In this document: piece after piece, positions 13,640 to 27,955 of the stretch
Numbering within the stretch: the first letter of the stretch is position 1
Layout: the number at the start of each line of letters is the position of its first letter
Origin: the human T2T-CHM13v2.0 reference genome, Homo sapiens
Strand: one strand, 5' to 3'
DNA: 64,000 nucleotides
Assembly (NCBI RefSeq): GCF_009914755.1
Contig: NC_060934.1
Position numbers and translations under genes: made by a program
Notes under the pieces: generated by a model
The model's input: the letters and a program-made list of their open reading frames with translations, nothing else
Told to the model about the DNA's origin: nothing
Databases searched by the model: none

Positions 13640-13930
13640 ACAGCTACCTGGCCATGAGCTGTGTGGGCATGCTTATCTCCAGCACCCACAATGATGGCTG
13701 GCACACGGCTCACCAAATACCTATGTAACTTCACCTCCATTATCCTATTTGATCCTCCAACTGTCTTAGGAGGCAGAAGGGTTATTATTAAGATTCAAAA
13801 ATCACAGATGGGGAGACTGAGGTCCCCAAAAGGAGAAGCGGCTGCCCAACATCACATATCAGTAGCAGCTGGCACCTAGAGATCTGCAGCAGAAGCATCC
13901 TCATTGGTGCCAAGTCCACTTCTTCCTGGG
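13640..13930. mobile_element. L2 3' end (+) abutting a MIR (-)
   Basis: 'ctccagcacccacaatgatggctggcacacggctcaccaaatac' then 'cagatggggagactgaggtcccc...gcccaacatcacat'. Confidence 0.65.
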
Positions 13931-15245
13931 TCCCTGGTACCCCGTGAGTTGAGGGCTGTGCTTGTGACAAATTGCCACGTAGAGGAATTGGTTCATCTCG
14001 CACCATTACGCTGGACCAGTCTTGTTTTCTAGATACATGCTGAGCTTAGGTGTCCCAGCTCCAGGGGCATGGCATGGCCCCCACCCAGCCCTGCCTCATG
14101 GCTGCACGGTGAGTCTCCCAACTACAAATAGATGGTGTTAAAAACAGAGTGTGGACCCCTTCTTTTCAGCCATGAGTCCACTGAGTTCTCTGTGGGCCCC
14201 CTGAGAAAGAGAACCAGAGTCCCTTCTCTCCTCTGCACGATGTTGTCTTGCTCCCCAAGAGCCAGCCCCCACCAGCCATTTTCTGTCCAGTCTGTGCATG
14301 GTGGCTTTGGTCAATACCTGTGCATTCCAAACCCATGCTATCGCCTGCACGCATGAGGCTCCCGAGCTCGGGGGCTTCCTCTCTGGAGCACCTCTGGGGC
14401 CGCTTATCTCGGCTCAGCAAATCCAGCCCTGCATGCCCCCTTCCTGTGTGGACGATCGCCTGCCCTTCCACCCTCCTGTGGTATTTCCCAGAACATCCAT
14501 ATTGCACAATGGGAAGCATGGCCCCACAGCTCTGCTTCCTCTTGAAAATCCCACAGGCATGGGGGACCGAGGGTATGGGAGACATCTCCAGGAAGGTCCT
14601 CTGCTGCTGCTGTCCCAGAGTGCCTTTCCTGCACATCATGTGGCATGAACACTCACTCATCCTTCAGCCTAGTTGTCACTTCCTCCAGGAAGCCTGCTCT
14701 GATTACCACCACTGCCCCCTGTCATTTTTCCAGTTCAAAAACATGCTCAGGGATTTGGACTTGAATACCACATGAGTCAGTGAGCAATTGTAAGCAAGGA
14801 AGGAGAATTGTTTCAATTGTGATGTAGGAAGGTCCCTTCAGGGAAGAAGTGGTCAGAGGGAAGAGCAACTGGGTAGAGAAAAGCAGCCAAGAGGTGATGT
14901 CAGTGTCCCCAGCAGGCAGGAGGTGGCAGTGGCTGGCGGTGGGGTGGGAGCAGTGGAGTGGGAAGGAAGTGGGCAGAACCAGAACCAAGGGGTGGGTAGG
15001 AGGCAGGACTGCCCAGAAGAATTAGGGCACCCAAGAGGCAGGACTGCATGGTGGCTGGTAAAATTAGAGCACCTGAAAGACAAGAAGTGTCCAGCAGATC
15101 CCCAGAATCTTGTCTGGGGGACTGGGTGGGTGGCATACCCAGGGAGAGGTGAGAGTTCCCTAAGATGGCTGTGGAAACTGATTATAAATGGTACAGTCCT
15201 ACTCAAACAGTATTTCCTTGGCATTTTGCTTTAAAGATTTCCTTT

Positions 15246-15557
15246 GCACCTGTAATTCAGCACTTTGGGTGGCTGAGGCGGGAGGATCAGTTGAGTCCAG
15301 GAGTTCAAGACCAGCCTGAGCAACATAGCAAGACCTAATCTCTACAAAAAGTCAAAAAAATTAGCTGGGCATGGTGATGCATGCCTGTAGTCCCAGCTCC
15401 TTGGGAGGCTGAGGTGGGAGGATTGCTTGAGCCTGGGAGATTGAGGCTGCAGTGAGTTTGATAACACCACTGCACTCAGCCTGGGTGACAGAGACCCTGT
15501 CTCAAGAAAAAGGAAAAAAAAAAAGGAAAGAAAGAAAGAAAGAAAGAAAGAAAAAAG
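15246..15557 (+). mobile_element. AluJ, slightly 5'-truncated, with (AAAG)n tail
   Basis: 'gggaggattgcttgagcctgggagattgaggctgcagtgag' J-type right arm. Confidence 0.93.
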
Positions 15558-15794
15558 ATTTCTATTGCACACAGTTCAGCCAAGAATTCCCAGGGCAGCT
15601 TCCAGAGACCCTGTGCCCACAGGTCCCTCTGTGACCTCCCCAGTCCTCCCTATCTCTCAGTCAAGGCTTTCCTCATCCTCCTCCAGAAAAGAGGTTGACC
15701 CTCCACCCTTCAGGAACCTCTTAGCTTTTTCTCCTCCACTGGCTCCTCTCAGCTGCACAATCAGTTGCCCCGCAGGGAGTGTCCTTGTGACTGG

Positions 15795-16065
15795 GTATTA
15801 CAGTGGCTAAGAAAAGCCCTGGGGCCAAGCCACGGAGGCTCAACCCTGGCTTTGTGACTTACAAGCTGATGCCATGAGTGATTTGCTAACCTTTCTGCGC
15901 CTCAGTTTCCTCATCTTTGAGATGGGGATGTTAATAATATCAGCTACCCCACTGGTGGGGTTGAGGATCAAATGAGTCACTAACAGGCCACAGGTAGCCA
16001 CCTAGCCCAGTCCCTGGCCTACAGTAGGGGTTTGGGGAATAGCAGCAAGGATTGCTGTTATTTCT
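15795..16065 (+). mobile_element. MIR SINE, near full length
   Basis: 'ctgcgcctcagtttcctcatctttgagatggggatgttaataat...gttgaggatcaaatgag'. Confidence 0.85.
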
Positions 16066-16244
16066 ATGATGCCTGGGGTTCCCCCCTTGCCTGGAGAAGG
16101 GGAGACAGCAAGTCAAGTCACTAAGTCCAGCCCACATTCAAGGGGAGGCATGTCAAAGAATACACAGGCATATTTCAAAAGCCTCAAGTTTGGCACCTAC
16201 GTGTGATGAAATGTGACTTAATGGTTATTAGCAATGGTGCAGCT

Positions 16245-16667
<423 letters not shown>

Positions 16668-16798
16668 CTATGCCCTGCCCTTTGTGGGACCCAAAGCTGC
16701 CTCCTCCCAAGCCTGTGGGCTCAAGGGACTGCTGCCAGCCGCCCCCGCTGTCTGCTGCCATCCTGTGCCCCCACTCTGAGTCTGCGAGGTGGCCTTAC

Positions 16799-16924
16799 CC
16801 GCCAGCTGCCTGGTGACTGTGAAGAATGACAGGCTCCTCCTTCAAGGGTGCGCACTGGCCCTTATCACAAGAGAGTGATGTCTGCGGCACTGAGCCGGGT
16901 GATCCTGCCTGCCCGTTCAGCACT
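16799..16924 (-). other. Candidate internal exon (126 nt)
   Basis: Minus-strand acceptor tttctgtctcttgcggccgccctgccctctgcag| and donor CGG|gtaagg; unique CpG-retaining sequence; one open frame (VLNGQAGSPGSVPQ...). Confidence 0.5.
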
Positions 16925-17379
16925 CTGCAGAGGGCAGGGCGGCCGCAAGAGACAGAAATTCCATTTGACAAACTCTCCATGTGGCTGGGCAGCCAGACAG
17001 GAGCAGAATGAAATCAAAAGGGAGGAAAATTGGCCTAGCTTCCTAACCAGGTGCTGAGTGGATGCACCAGGCTTCAGGAGAGGGAATCAAAGAGGGAGAA
17101 AATTGGTGGCCTTGGTCATAAAGGGGATTGATTACCCAGGGACCTGTCACACCCACCAAGGTCAGCAGAGTGGCCTTGGCTGGCCCTGTTTCCTGGAAGA
17201 CAGGGTGCCTTTGGCAACTTCAATTCACCCGGGTTCAACTAGCTAATAAGTGTGCTGGGTCAGGAGGAGGGTGGTCAAGGTTTTCCAATTATGAGCCCTT
17301 GAAGAGAGGGCTTCAGGGCCTGAGAAGGTCTGAACATGACCCCTGTCCATGGGCGGTGGAGCGGGGCTAGAGAGGAGCA

Positions 17380-18030
17380 TGCCTTGGCTTTGCACTCAGA
17401 TGAAACTGAGTTTAATGACTACCTCTGGTGGGTAAGTCCCTTCCCCTCGCTGAGACTTTGTTTCCCATCTGTCAAATGGGAGTGTCGATACTTTGCTTTA
17501 TTAAGAGCTTGCTTTGTGCCGGGCACTTTGTGACCTACTTTATGGGTATGAACTTATGTCATCAGAACAGTAATCCTAAGAAGCAGCTGCTATTATTATT
17601 ATGATTGGCATTTTACAGAGGAGGAAATTCAGGCTCAGGAAATTTAATGTTCCCGGGTCCTGCTATAGGTTGAGCACCAGATCTATGCATGGGTGACTGG
17701 CTGGTATGCAAACCTTTGGCCACTGTGCTGTCTGTCATCAAGCCAGGCGCATCCACTTAGGGTTTGTAAGGATTCATGGAGATGTGCTAATGACAGCAAA
17801 CTAGGAGCCCAGTCTACGTGCTGAAACCAGAATAAGAACTTTCCATGCGTTGACTCATTTGTTCCTCACAATAAACCTATGCAGTAGGTACGACTGTAAC
17901 CTGCACTTACAGGTGAGGAAATTCAGGCACAAAAAGGTCAAGTCTCTTGTCTAAGTCACCAAATTTATATATGGCAGAGATGGGAATTGAGCCCAGGAGG
18001 CTGGCTCCAGAGTCCTTCACTTAACCTTAT
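17380..18030. mobile_element. Cluster of three or more MIR fragments in both orientations
   Basis: Cores at ~17450 (+), ~17610 (-, 'ttttacagaggaggaaattcaggctcagg') and ~17905 (-, 'ttacaggtgaggaaattcaggcac'). Confidence 0.8.
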
Positions 18031-21000
18031 GCAAAGGCATAGCAAGAGCCTGGCCTGGGGTCCAGCACACAGCACATAGTAGGGCTCGGGGAGGGGCAAC
18101 CTCAGCTCTTTTCCACCTGGGGCAGCCCTTCTCCCTAAAAGAAACCTAAATGCAGTGAACATGGAGGAAGCCCACGTGCCCACTACAAGTCTGGCTCTGG
18201 GAGATTTAGGGATGTCCCCCACCGCCCCAGCCTGGGCTTCCAGCCTGGGCAGGGAATCAGGCTGACTTGGGAATGTCCCTAGTTCAGGGAAGACCAACAT
18301 AGAGCTGGGAGTGGGGTTGCCCAATGTGCAGGGGCTTCTGGGAAAAGAACAGCAAAAGGGCAGGTAGGATGTGGGAGGTGGAGATGTGTCCTGAGAAAGG
18401 GAGAGGGCAGTCCTGACGAGCACCCTGCCTTGAAGAGCTAACAGGTGTGAGGCTGCCAGACAGGTGAGCTGTAGCAGCCCACAGCTGGCAGATGGAACGA
18501 CTCTCAGACCTCCCACTCCCAAAAGTCTCATGATGCCTGGCTGGAGCCCGGGGGTCACAGGGTGCAGCCAGCAGGCAGGGAGTGTGCTCTCTAGATGCAT
18601 AAGCTCAGGAGAGCGGCAGGAAGGAGCAGCCAGCTGCACTCCAGCCAATGCTCGGCTCAGGCCATCCCTGCCCCCGGCCAGACAGGAGCCCTGGCCTCGA
18701 TTCTGAGGGGCTCCACCAGCTTTTGCTCCCATCCTCCAGCCACCTGGGACCCCACCCCTTAAATCACTACCCCAGATCATTAAACTAGGAGTCCGTAATG
18801 CTGACACTCCCTCAGAGAGCATTTATCTGGAAAGTCATAAAATTGCACCACGGATGGTAATTAACGATTAGTGAGGTTTATCCCTCTATTGGTTCTGGAC
18901 TGTGGGAGCCTGTCATAAGGATAGAGGCCAGTGTGCTGTTCTCTCCCCATGGTGGAGGTGGGTGGCTGCCACCGCCTGGTTCTTGAATGAGAGCTGTGCC
19001 CACAGCAGAGGTGAACCTCTGCAGCCCCTCATTTCTGGTGGCTCCCAAGCCACCTTCCCAGCAAAACCATCTAGGCTGGCTCCTAACACCTGCCCCCTTA
19101 TCAGCTCTGTGCCTTTGAATGTGCTGTGCCTCTCCCAGGACACCCTCTCCTCATCTCCCACCCTGTCCATCCCTTCAGGGGCCCTGCTGGGACCACACCT
19201 GCATTGATGTTCGCCTGGATGCGGCCAGTCTCCGTATGCCTCCCAGGACTGCATCTTGACCCCTCAGCCAGGCTGGATGCTCCCAGAGAACGCCTGTTTG
19301 CTCTTCTTCCATCTCCATCACCTCCATCCTCCCAAACCCAGAACAGAGTATGAGCCCAATAGACCTCACAAATGACCCACGACACTCGAGTCCCACCCCA
19401 ATCTCTACACAACACTGCTGTGCGGGCGTTTCCACATGGCCCTGAGGACCAGCTCCACACTCCTCAAAGGGGTTCCTGACCCAGACAAGACTAAGAACCT
19501 GTGCCAGCCGCTAGGGAAATGGAGACCCAGACAGGAAGTTAGGAGGTTTCTTAGATCTGCATTTTGGGTGGAAGAGCAAGGACTCAAACCAAGGTCTTCT
19601 GGCACCGAAGTCTGGCTCCCTAGAAAGTATGGTAGCCCACCTGAAGTCACCTGTGCCCCAGGGTGTGGGCCAGCCCCACCAACAACTCCCTTTGTTACTC
19701 CAGGCACGTCCCTGACCCCTGGGGCCTCAGGGTGGAGGTGATGAGCAGAGCATAAATCCGCTCAGTGCGAGCAAGCTCTGCTGGAATCACCATGACAAAT
19801 CATTTATCCAGCCTAAAATCAGAAGGGACATGGGGTGGGAGAGGCCCCTGGGGGCCGAGTGGGCCTGTTGCGCCTCCTTGGATACAGGCACCAACCTGCG
19901 CACTGCCCTTTTCATCTGGTCTGCCTGGCTCCCTATAGGCAGTGCCTACTCACTGCGCTCTCCAGGACAAGGCAAAAGCCAGGCCAGCTCCCCAGGCCCC
20001 TGGCCCCTGGCAATGGCATCACTCCCACAGACCCAGAGCTTCCACAACTGAGACAACTCCCAGGGTGCTGGCCAGTTGAGCCCATGAGTGTCCTTATTCA
20101 CAGACAGTTTATCCTCAGCAGCCCAGTACCCACCACCTGCTGTTAGAGCCTCCCCTGCTGACCTGGGGTCACCGAGGCCCATTAGGATGTCCAGTCCAGC
20201 CTTGTCCAAAGGCTTCCCCAAGACGCTCGGTGGATACAAAGGGCCCAGGACTTGGGAAAGCTGCGCGGCAAAGCTGGTCTTAAAGACTGAGAGCCCATTG
20301 CACATTCCAGGCCCAGACAAGGCTTTCAGGAGAAAACAAGACCAAATTTCTTAAGCATCCTATATATGCGTGTGAGAGTGTTTCCACATGTACTTTATAA
20401 GCACAGAGAGAGACACGCGAGGAAACATCGCTTGCTCTGCAAAGTGAGAACGACGAAGAGTGGTGATGATCGATGTTTGCTTTATATGACTCTGCACTTT
20501 GTGTGTGTCTCAGTGAGTCTGCATTTTCTCTGAAATTAAATCAATTATTTTAATAAAAAAGAGTTGGGAGAAAAAGCTGCTGAACTTTAACCCAGCATTT
20601 CCCAAACTCACCTGATGATGAGTTGCTGTTCTGTGCAACGCCTAGAAATGTCAGAGATATGCATAGACTGTAGTCTGGAGACAGATAAACTTACCCAGCT
20701 TTTAATACATAAGACCATCGTGCCTTCTGATGCTGAGAGGCAGAAACAGGAAGAGGCTTGCAGAATACAGACACTCCATCAACATCAGACTGGAGCCCAG
20801 AGCTCCCTACAGCCCAGTCCTAACCCTGCTGCTCTGCCAGTTCCCTCTTTAAGTAGGAGGGACATTACTCCAGGGGTGGTGGAGTGGTTGTGGCAGTGAC
20901 ACAGAAGCACCTGGCAGGGAGGGTGACAGGGCCACAGAGGAGTCGGGCAGAGCCAGTATTGGGAAGACACAAGCTGCTCTAAGAGAAGAACTGAAAATCA

Positions 21001-21969
21001 TGTGATCACACAGTACACCCCTGACATCCTACAGCCACAGACCAAATCCCTGCTCCAGCCCTTCTGGCTTCTACCCAGCAAGTTGCCTAATCCCCCTGGG
21101 CATGGAGTGGAATAGGGGTTGGATGGAATGACCCCTAGAGTCTCTTCAGCCCAAGATTCCAGGGGCTTCACAATGATCAGCATGGGCACTATCCTGCAAA
21201 TCATCGCCTCCACCTTATAAGTGACGTAATCAAGACTCAGACAGGTTAATTGACTTCTTCAAGGTCAACAGAGAATAAAAACGGAGTCCAAGACCCATGC
21301 TGTCATTGGCCTTGCCATTGGTCATCCTCTGCTTTGTGGCTTCAGGAACTGCTATTTGTGTCTGAGCCAGCCACAGTGTGAGACAGATGGTGTTTCCAGT
21401 ACAGGCTCCACCTACTAAGTGTACAATCTGGACCTGTTGAGTAACCACCCTGAGTCTGTTTACTCCTCTATAATTGGGAACATCATCTCATTGGTTATAT
21501 GGCAATATCATCACATCAACTTAGCACAGGGCCCCACACACTTAAGTTTTTGCTGAATTAGAACTATTATTGTTACCATCATTCTATAAATTTATCCTAT
21601 GGTTGAGAGAAAAAGGAGAGGCAGGGATTGAACTCAAGATCTACTGATCTATTCAAGATCTATTCAAGATCAGTAGATCTACCTCCTCCTGTGCAGGAGG
21701 AAATCTGCACAGACACATTCCAGCCCCTGTCTGGAACCTCAGTTTCCCCATCTATAATAAGAGAGGCTATACTGGGTGACTTCTGGGAGCCCCCAGATCT
21801 ATAGTCTGCATGGAATAAAGCTCCCATGAAATGCTTTTTTCCCACCATGGGCTGGAGAAGTTTGCCTTCCAGCAACCTATAATCCTTCCTGGGAGATGGG
21901 CATGTAGGGGTGGTGAAAGGGAGGAGGGACAGGCAGGAACAGGACCCAAGACAGAGTGGAGAGGAGATG

Positions 21970-22205
21970 ACTTCGGCACTTCCTGTATGCCAGGCACTGG
22001 GATAGGAGCTTTACACAGACTAACTCATTCAGTCCCCAGAACAAACCTGTGGGGTTGATACTAGTTAACCATTTTACAGACAAGGATACTTACAACCATA
22101 GAAACAAAGTAACGTGCCCAAGGTCACAGGGTTGATGAGGCAGGACTTGAACCCAGACCTCCCAGACCTTCATGGCTTCAAAGACTGTGCCCTGAACCAC
22201 TGGGT
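21970..22205 (-). mobile_element. MIR SINE
   Basis: 'tatgccaggcactggg...cattttacagacaagga...gcccaaggtcacagg...gacttgaacccagac'. Confidence 0.85.
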
Positions 22206-22699
22206 GATGCGAGCTCTGGGTCTGCCTGCAGAGACAGAGACGTGCAGAGAGGGAGAGAGGTGGGGAGATGGAGCCGAGGGAGCAAGGCACAAGGAAGAGA
22301 AGAGGCACTGTGCCAGGGCAGCCCAGGCACACTATCTGGGAGGGGAGGGGAATCCCATCTGGAAATCAATTATTTGCCTCCACTGGGGGCCTGTTGAGTT
22401 TCAAAATCATTGTGCCCAGGGTAGAAAAGACAGGGCCCCCTCTTTGTGGGGCGGCAGAGGGTCCCCTGGTCCCAGCATCACCAGGAAGGAGGTGCCTGCT
22501 GGCCTGAGAGAAAAGCAGGGTCTGAACTCTTTATTTAGTGACCAGAGAGCCACAGCCCAGGAATGTGTGGCCACTGAGCCAGGAGGGCTGCTCCACCCAC
22601 CACTGCCAGGGACACTCCAGCACAGGTGCCCCCCCACCCCAACAAAGGCCGCTCGCTGGGAGGCAGTGCGCTCCCAGATGCGGTGTGAGGAATGTTTGT

Positions 22700-22945
22700 C
22701 AGCTCTTGACACTAATATTATTTAAGGCCCAAAGTCTAATGTAAGGCTTCCTTTTAGCAAGATTGTCTCATTTAATAAAGCTCCCTGTCTCTGTTCCCCC
22801 CAAGGTAATCGCGTTGATGATAACGCATTCCCTGCACTGTGATTTGATCTGGGAATAGAATTATCACCCAGCCTTGCTTTGCTGTCAAATGTTCCATTTG
22901 TATTTTTATTTTTTCCCCTAGAATAAGTAAACAGGAAGCCATCCA
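22700..22945. promoter_or_regulatory. Candidate enhancer-like element with FOX:ETS composite site
   Basis: Unique AT-rich block; GTAAACAGGAAG at 22927-22938; TGACA/TGTCA and TAAT sites. Confidence 0.4.
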
Positions 22946-23190
22946 AGTGGAAGGCTCTGCTCACCTGGGGCCTTCCACGCTGGCCTCCTTACCAGTTCAC
23001 TTCCTGTCTTCAGGAGCCACTTTCTCATTAATTCAATCAACAAACATTTCCCAAATGACTGTACCTTAGGCTGCCCCTACATTGCGGTCGCCTGAGGCAA
23101 GTCACCCAATCTGTTTGAGTTTCCGTTTATTGCTGGGTGGAAAGGACATCATAAGCACATAAGACTAACAGTCAATCAGACCCTGGTTCA

Positions 23191-23532
<342 letters not shown>

Positions 23533-24754
23533 TTACGTGCCCCAGAACAAGTCACTTCACCTCTGAGGTTTGATGCTGTCACTCAAGACACCACCTACAT
23601 CACAGGATTGTTGTGAGTAGGGCCAGGACGAGGATGAGCATGCGATGCCCCCCTGGTTCAAACATTAATGAGGGGCTCACCCCCACAACCCCTCTGCACT
23701 TGCACAGCTCTGAGAGGGAGGGCCTCCTGAAATTTCGTGCACTCTTAAGAAGGAGGATTAAATGAGATGATGTATGCCAAGTGCCTGGCACATGGTAAAT
23801 GCTCAGTAGACTGTTGCCGTCCTCATCATCATCATCACCATCACCATCATCACTCTTACTCTTCATTAAGTGAGAAATGAAAGCCCTTTAAAATCTCTAA
23901 GAGGCTAGATTGGTATGTGCAGAGTGGATGTCAGACTGGAAATGCTCAACTCATGTGCTGTGTGGCCATGGCTAGTCCCTTCACCTCTCCAGCCTAAGTG
24001 CCCAGCTGCGAAACAATGGTGTTCTTAAACTTAGTGACCCAGGTACATGTGAACATGTGGGAGAGCCTGTCACTCACCCCACGCTGCCATCCATCCCTGG
24101 GTTAGTGGACCCAGGAAGTGCTAGGAGCCTGGTGGGCCCCAGGCTGCAGATACCACACACAAGGTCACGCCTGGTTAGCAATCGAGTCCAGCATGCAAAG
24201 AGGGGGTGCTGGAGGGCTCCAGAAGAACTAGCTCCAGGACTTGGCAGGGCTCAGCTGGGCTGACAACTTCTTCCTTCTTACACATCACTAGCAGATCCCT
24301 GAAAAAGGGCACAGGATGCAGAGCCAGGGCAGCAGCCTTTAAATTCTGCCTCTTCTGGGCATTTATTGTGGGACCTCAGGCACTCGGAGCCCAGGCTCCT
24401 TCTGTGTCGTATGGTGTATCCTGATAGTCCTGGAAGAGAAAAGTCACTCCAGAGGAGTAACTAATGAAGGGACTTTTTAAAAGGTAGGAGCAGGGTTAAA
24501 GACTCCAGAAAGGGCTGGTGAAGCACCCCACGGTTCACAACATTGGGAGCCCCTACTACCCTGGGGCTAAAAACAGAAGGGGAAGGAACAGTTCTTAAAA
24601 GCCCTGTGGGGCCAGCACTGACATGAAGGAGACAACAAACCGGCAGGGGCTGTGGCATTTGGTAGGGAACCACAGTCCTTGCTATCCCATGTGGTTTGTG
24701 GATTGAACCAGTGAGTAAGTAAATGAATGAATCTGATTTCCAGCCTATTTATCC

Positions 24755-25258
24755 TATGGCCGATCACATTTTCCAAATGGCTGCTTCAATATCTCTCATC
24801 CCATACACTCTTCTTCCAATAGGACTTTAACACTTCTTGAATCTGGGCATAGTTGTGATGACAGCAGAAGTGACACTATGCAACTTCTGAGGTTGGGTCA
24901 AAATGTGATGCAGCTTCCACCTGGTTCTCTTTGGGATGCTCATTCTTGGAAGGCAGCCACCATGTGTGAGGAAGCCCAGGCAGCCACTGGGAGAGGCTAC
25001 ATATAGGTGATCCAGGAGACTGTCACAGCTGAGGTTCCAGCTGACAGTCAGCATCAATTGTCACATGTGACTGACAGAGCTTTCAGATGATCCCATCCCC
25101 CAGCCTCAGTCTTCCAGACTGAGGTCCCAGACACTGTGAAATGGAGACAAGCCATCCCTGCTGTGCCCTTTCTGAATTCGTGACCCTTAGAATCCATAGC
25201 ACAACAAAATGGTGGTTGTTTTAGGCTATGATATAGTTATGCAGAAATAGTAACTGCA
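24755..25258 (+). mobile_element. MLT1H-like solo LTR
   Basis: 'cagcagaagtgacactatgcaacttctgagg...cagccaccatgtgtgaggaagcccaggcagcc...aaaatggtggttgttttagg...atagtaactg'. Confidence 0.85.
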
Positions 25259-25498
25259 AAGAATTTCACTGACTGAACTCAGCCACAGCCACAGCCCAGT
25301 GAACAAGTGAATTGTTTGCTTCAGTCCATAACGGTCACCCTCCCTGGGCACACAACGGGGTGGAGAAGGGTGAAGAATGAATATGAGAGGGAAATGGAGA
25401 AAATCTACCACACATAGGGAACATAGGGTGTGAGGGTTTTAGGACCCAGACTGGACAGGTGCTCCATCCATCCTAGCAGAATCTAAAGACCCATTCTT

Positions 25499-25811
<313 letters not shown>

Positions 25812-27794
25812 TTAGTCCCACTTACCTGCACTATTGCCCCAGCCGCCTTTTGCATCTCCTGCCTTTCCCAGGCCTCACCTGACCCAGCCATGCCCATGTT
25901 ACCAAAGAACAGCGCACCCCTCCTACCTGCTCACTTCTGACTTCTCAGCTCATGCTGCCGGCCAGGCCCCAAGGCACTCCAATCCAAGCTCCTCAGCCAG
26001 CAGAGGCTCCATACACTCTGGCCTGGCAGGTGTTAGAGACTTCCGGGTTGGGGGATCAGATAGCTAGAGGGACTGACCTTCTGACTCTGCCCAGTGCATG
26101 CACACCAGGAACCTTCCCTCCCCTTGCCTTCCTCCTGCCTGGAATTCCCTCCCCACCATGCATCCAATGCCATCTCCATCATGAAGCCTTCAAAGAATTG
26201 ACCCTCAGCCACTACAGCCCTGTTCCTCCCTAAACTCTGCCCAAAGATACAGATGTGGTTGTAACTTTCCTGAAAATGACATCAGGAGAATTTGAGGGCA
26301 GCATCTGAGTAAGAGAGATCATGTATACAAGATTTGTCTCCCCAGAAATATAGAAGGGCTTCTCTAACCAAATTTCACATGTGCCTTCCTTTGGTAGTCC
26401 TGGGCAGATCCCATCACTACATGCTGAGAAGTCATCACTAGCTCCAAGAAGCCTCCTGGCCTCCCTATGCTCTTTCAGCATCTTATATATGCTTCCCGCC
26501 AGCCCGAATCTCCCAGTATCATAACTAATCAGTTACTGAACCGTGACTGCCATGGAGCAGGGCCCATGTCTTCTACTTGCTCCTAAAACAAAACCCACAT
26601 TTGGTATTTCCGTCACTGTTAACAAAATAGCTTTGCATTTTCTTATTTAATTCTCACAGCAACATGTGAGGAAGGTGCCATCATTAGCCTCACATCACAC
26701 ATGTCACAATTGAAACTCAGGGAGGGAGCTGTCTTGCCCAGGGTCACGGGGTGGTGAGGACCAGAGCGGGGACTCAGAGCCAGGTCTGGCTGCCTCGGAG
26801 GTCAGTGCCCTCGGGCACACACATTATGATTTCTCACCTCTCCAGCTCCAACACTGAGCACGAGGCTGAACAAGGAGCAGGCACTTGATAAATATTTGTG
26901 GAACTGCACAAAACCTTAACCAATTCTCATTGCATGACTGAAGCTCTGATACCGAAGAGAAACCAAACCACCTCAGTGATTTCCAATTCAAACAGCACCA
27001 CCCGCTCCGTGAATTCTGATGCACTGATGTCTTTTGTTTTTGGAGGGGTTTTGTTGCTTTCAGCAAGGAGAGTCGAGAGTCAGCAGCGAGGAAGTACACA
27101 GAGTTCCCCTAGGAAATTGTTTCTGCACGGCATTTCAGATGAGAGATGGAAAAACATTTCAGAACACAAAGACTTTGGTTATCACAACAGCAGTAAGAGA
27201 AAGGCAGGCAAGGACTCAGGCCCCCATTTAACAGATGACAAAAACGCAGGCCCCCAGAGTCAAGGGACATGTGCGAGGTCACTCAGAGAGAAAAGGATTG
27301 ATACCACCTGTCTTGATGCCCAAACTGGGGGAGAGGGTCTTGCAAGTCCCCTGCTACCACCACCTCCAAAGGCACTGGCTCTGAACACCGTGGCCTGTAG
27401 GAAGGAAGGAGGGCACAGCTCTAGGAAAAACATGTGGCAGCCTCACTGGAGCACAGAGCTCAGCTCTGAATCCTGGCAGACCAAAAAGAAGCCTCTCCAA
27501 GGCTCCCCAAGCCTTACTGCCTCCACCCCACAGTCACCTCTTCTGACTTTCCCTTTCCCAATTTCTACATCCAAGAGGCAGATAATCAGAGCATGTGGGC
27601 TGAATCTCCTTCTCAAACCATGCTTTACAGAGGAAAGGGAGGAAGCCCATATCCCTTCTAGGCAACTGGTGACTCTGGCTGGGCTGGGGCTTCTCAAAAG
27701 ACTGTGGCCCTCAGAGGACCCACCTTGCTAGGAGGTGACTGGAAACCCCCCCACCCAATCTTTGCTGGAGAGTCCAGCCCCTAGCTCTGGGATG

Positions 27795-27955
27795 GAAAGT
27801 GGTGATAGAAGGGGCCCAGCATCAGATTGAAAGGAAAAAGCCCTCTTGTCCTTTGACTTCTTGTGTGACCTTGGGCGGAACACATCTCTCTGAACCTCTG
27901 TTTCACCATTTGTCAAATGGGACTCCTATTACTCACTGTCCCTGGATCTTGGGGT
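27795..27955 (+). mobile_element. MIR SINE
   Basis: 'tgtgaccttgggcggaacacatctctctgaacctctgtttcaccatttgtcaaatggg'. Confidence 0.8.

Noticed and set aside
17965-18822. 285-aa minus-strand ORF
   Set aside because: No recognisable domain, runs into a MIR, and its composition is typical of a chance ORF in GC-rich DNA.
25820-25830. Perfect minus-strand donor CAG|gtaagt
   Set aside because: No convincing acceptor or promoter upstream; expected by chance in 64 kb.
26898-27731. 277-aa plus-strand ORF
   Set aside because: Non-ATG start in an L2 tail, crosses a MIR, no recognisable homology.
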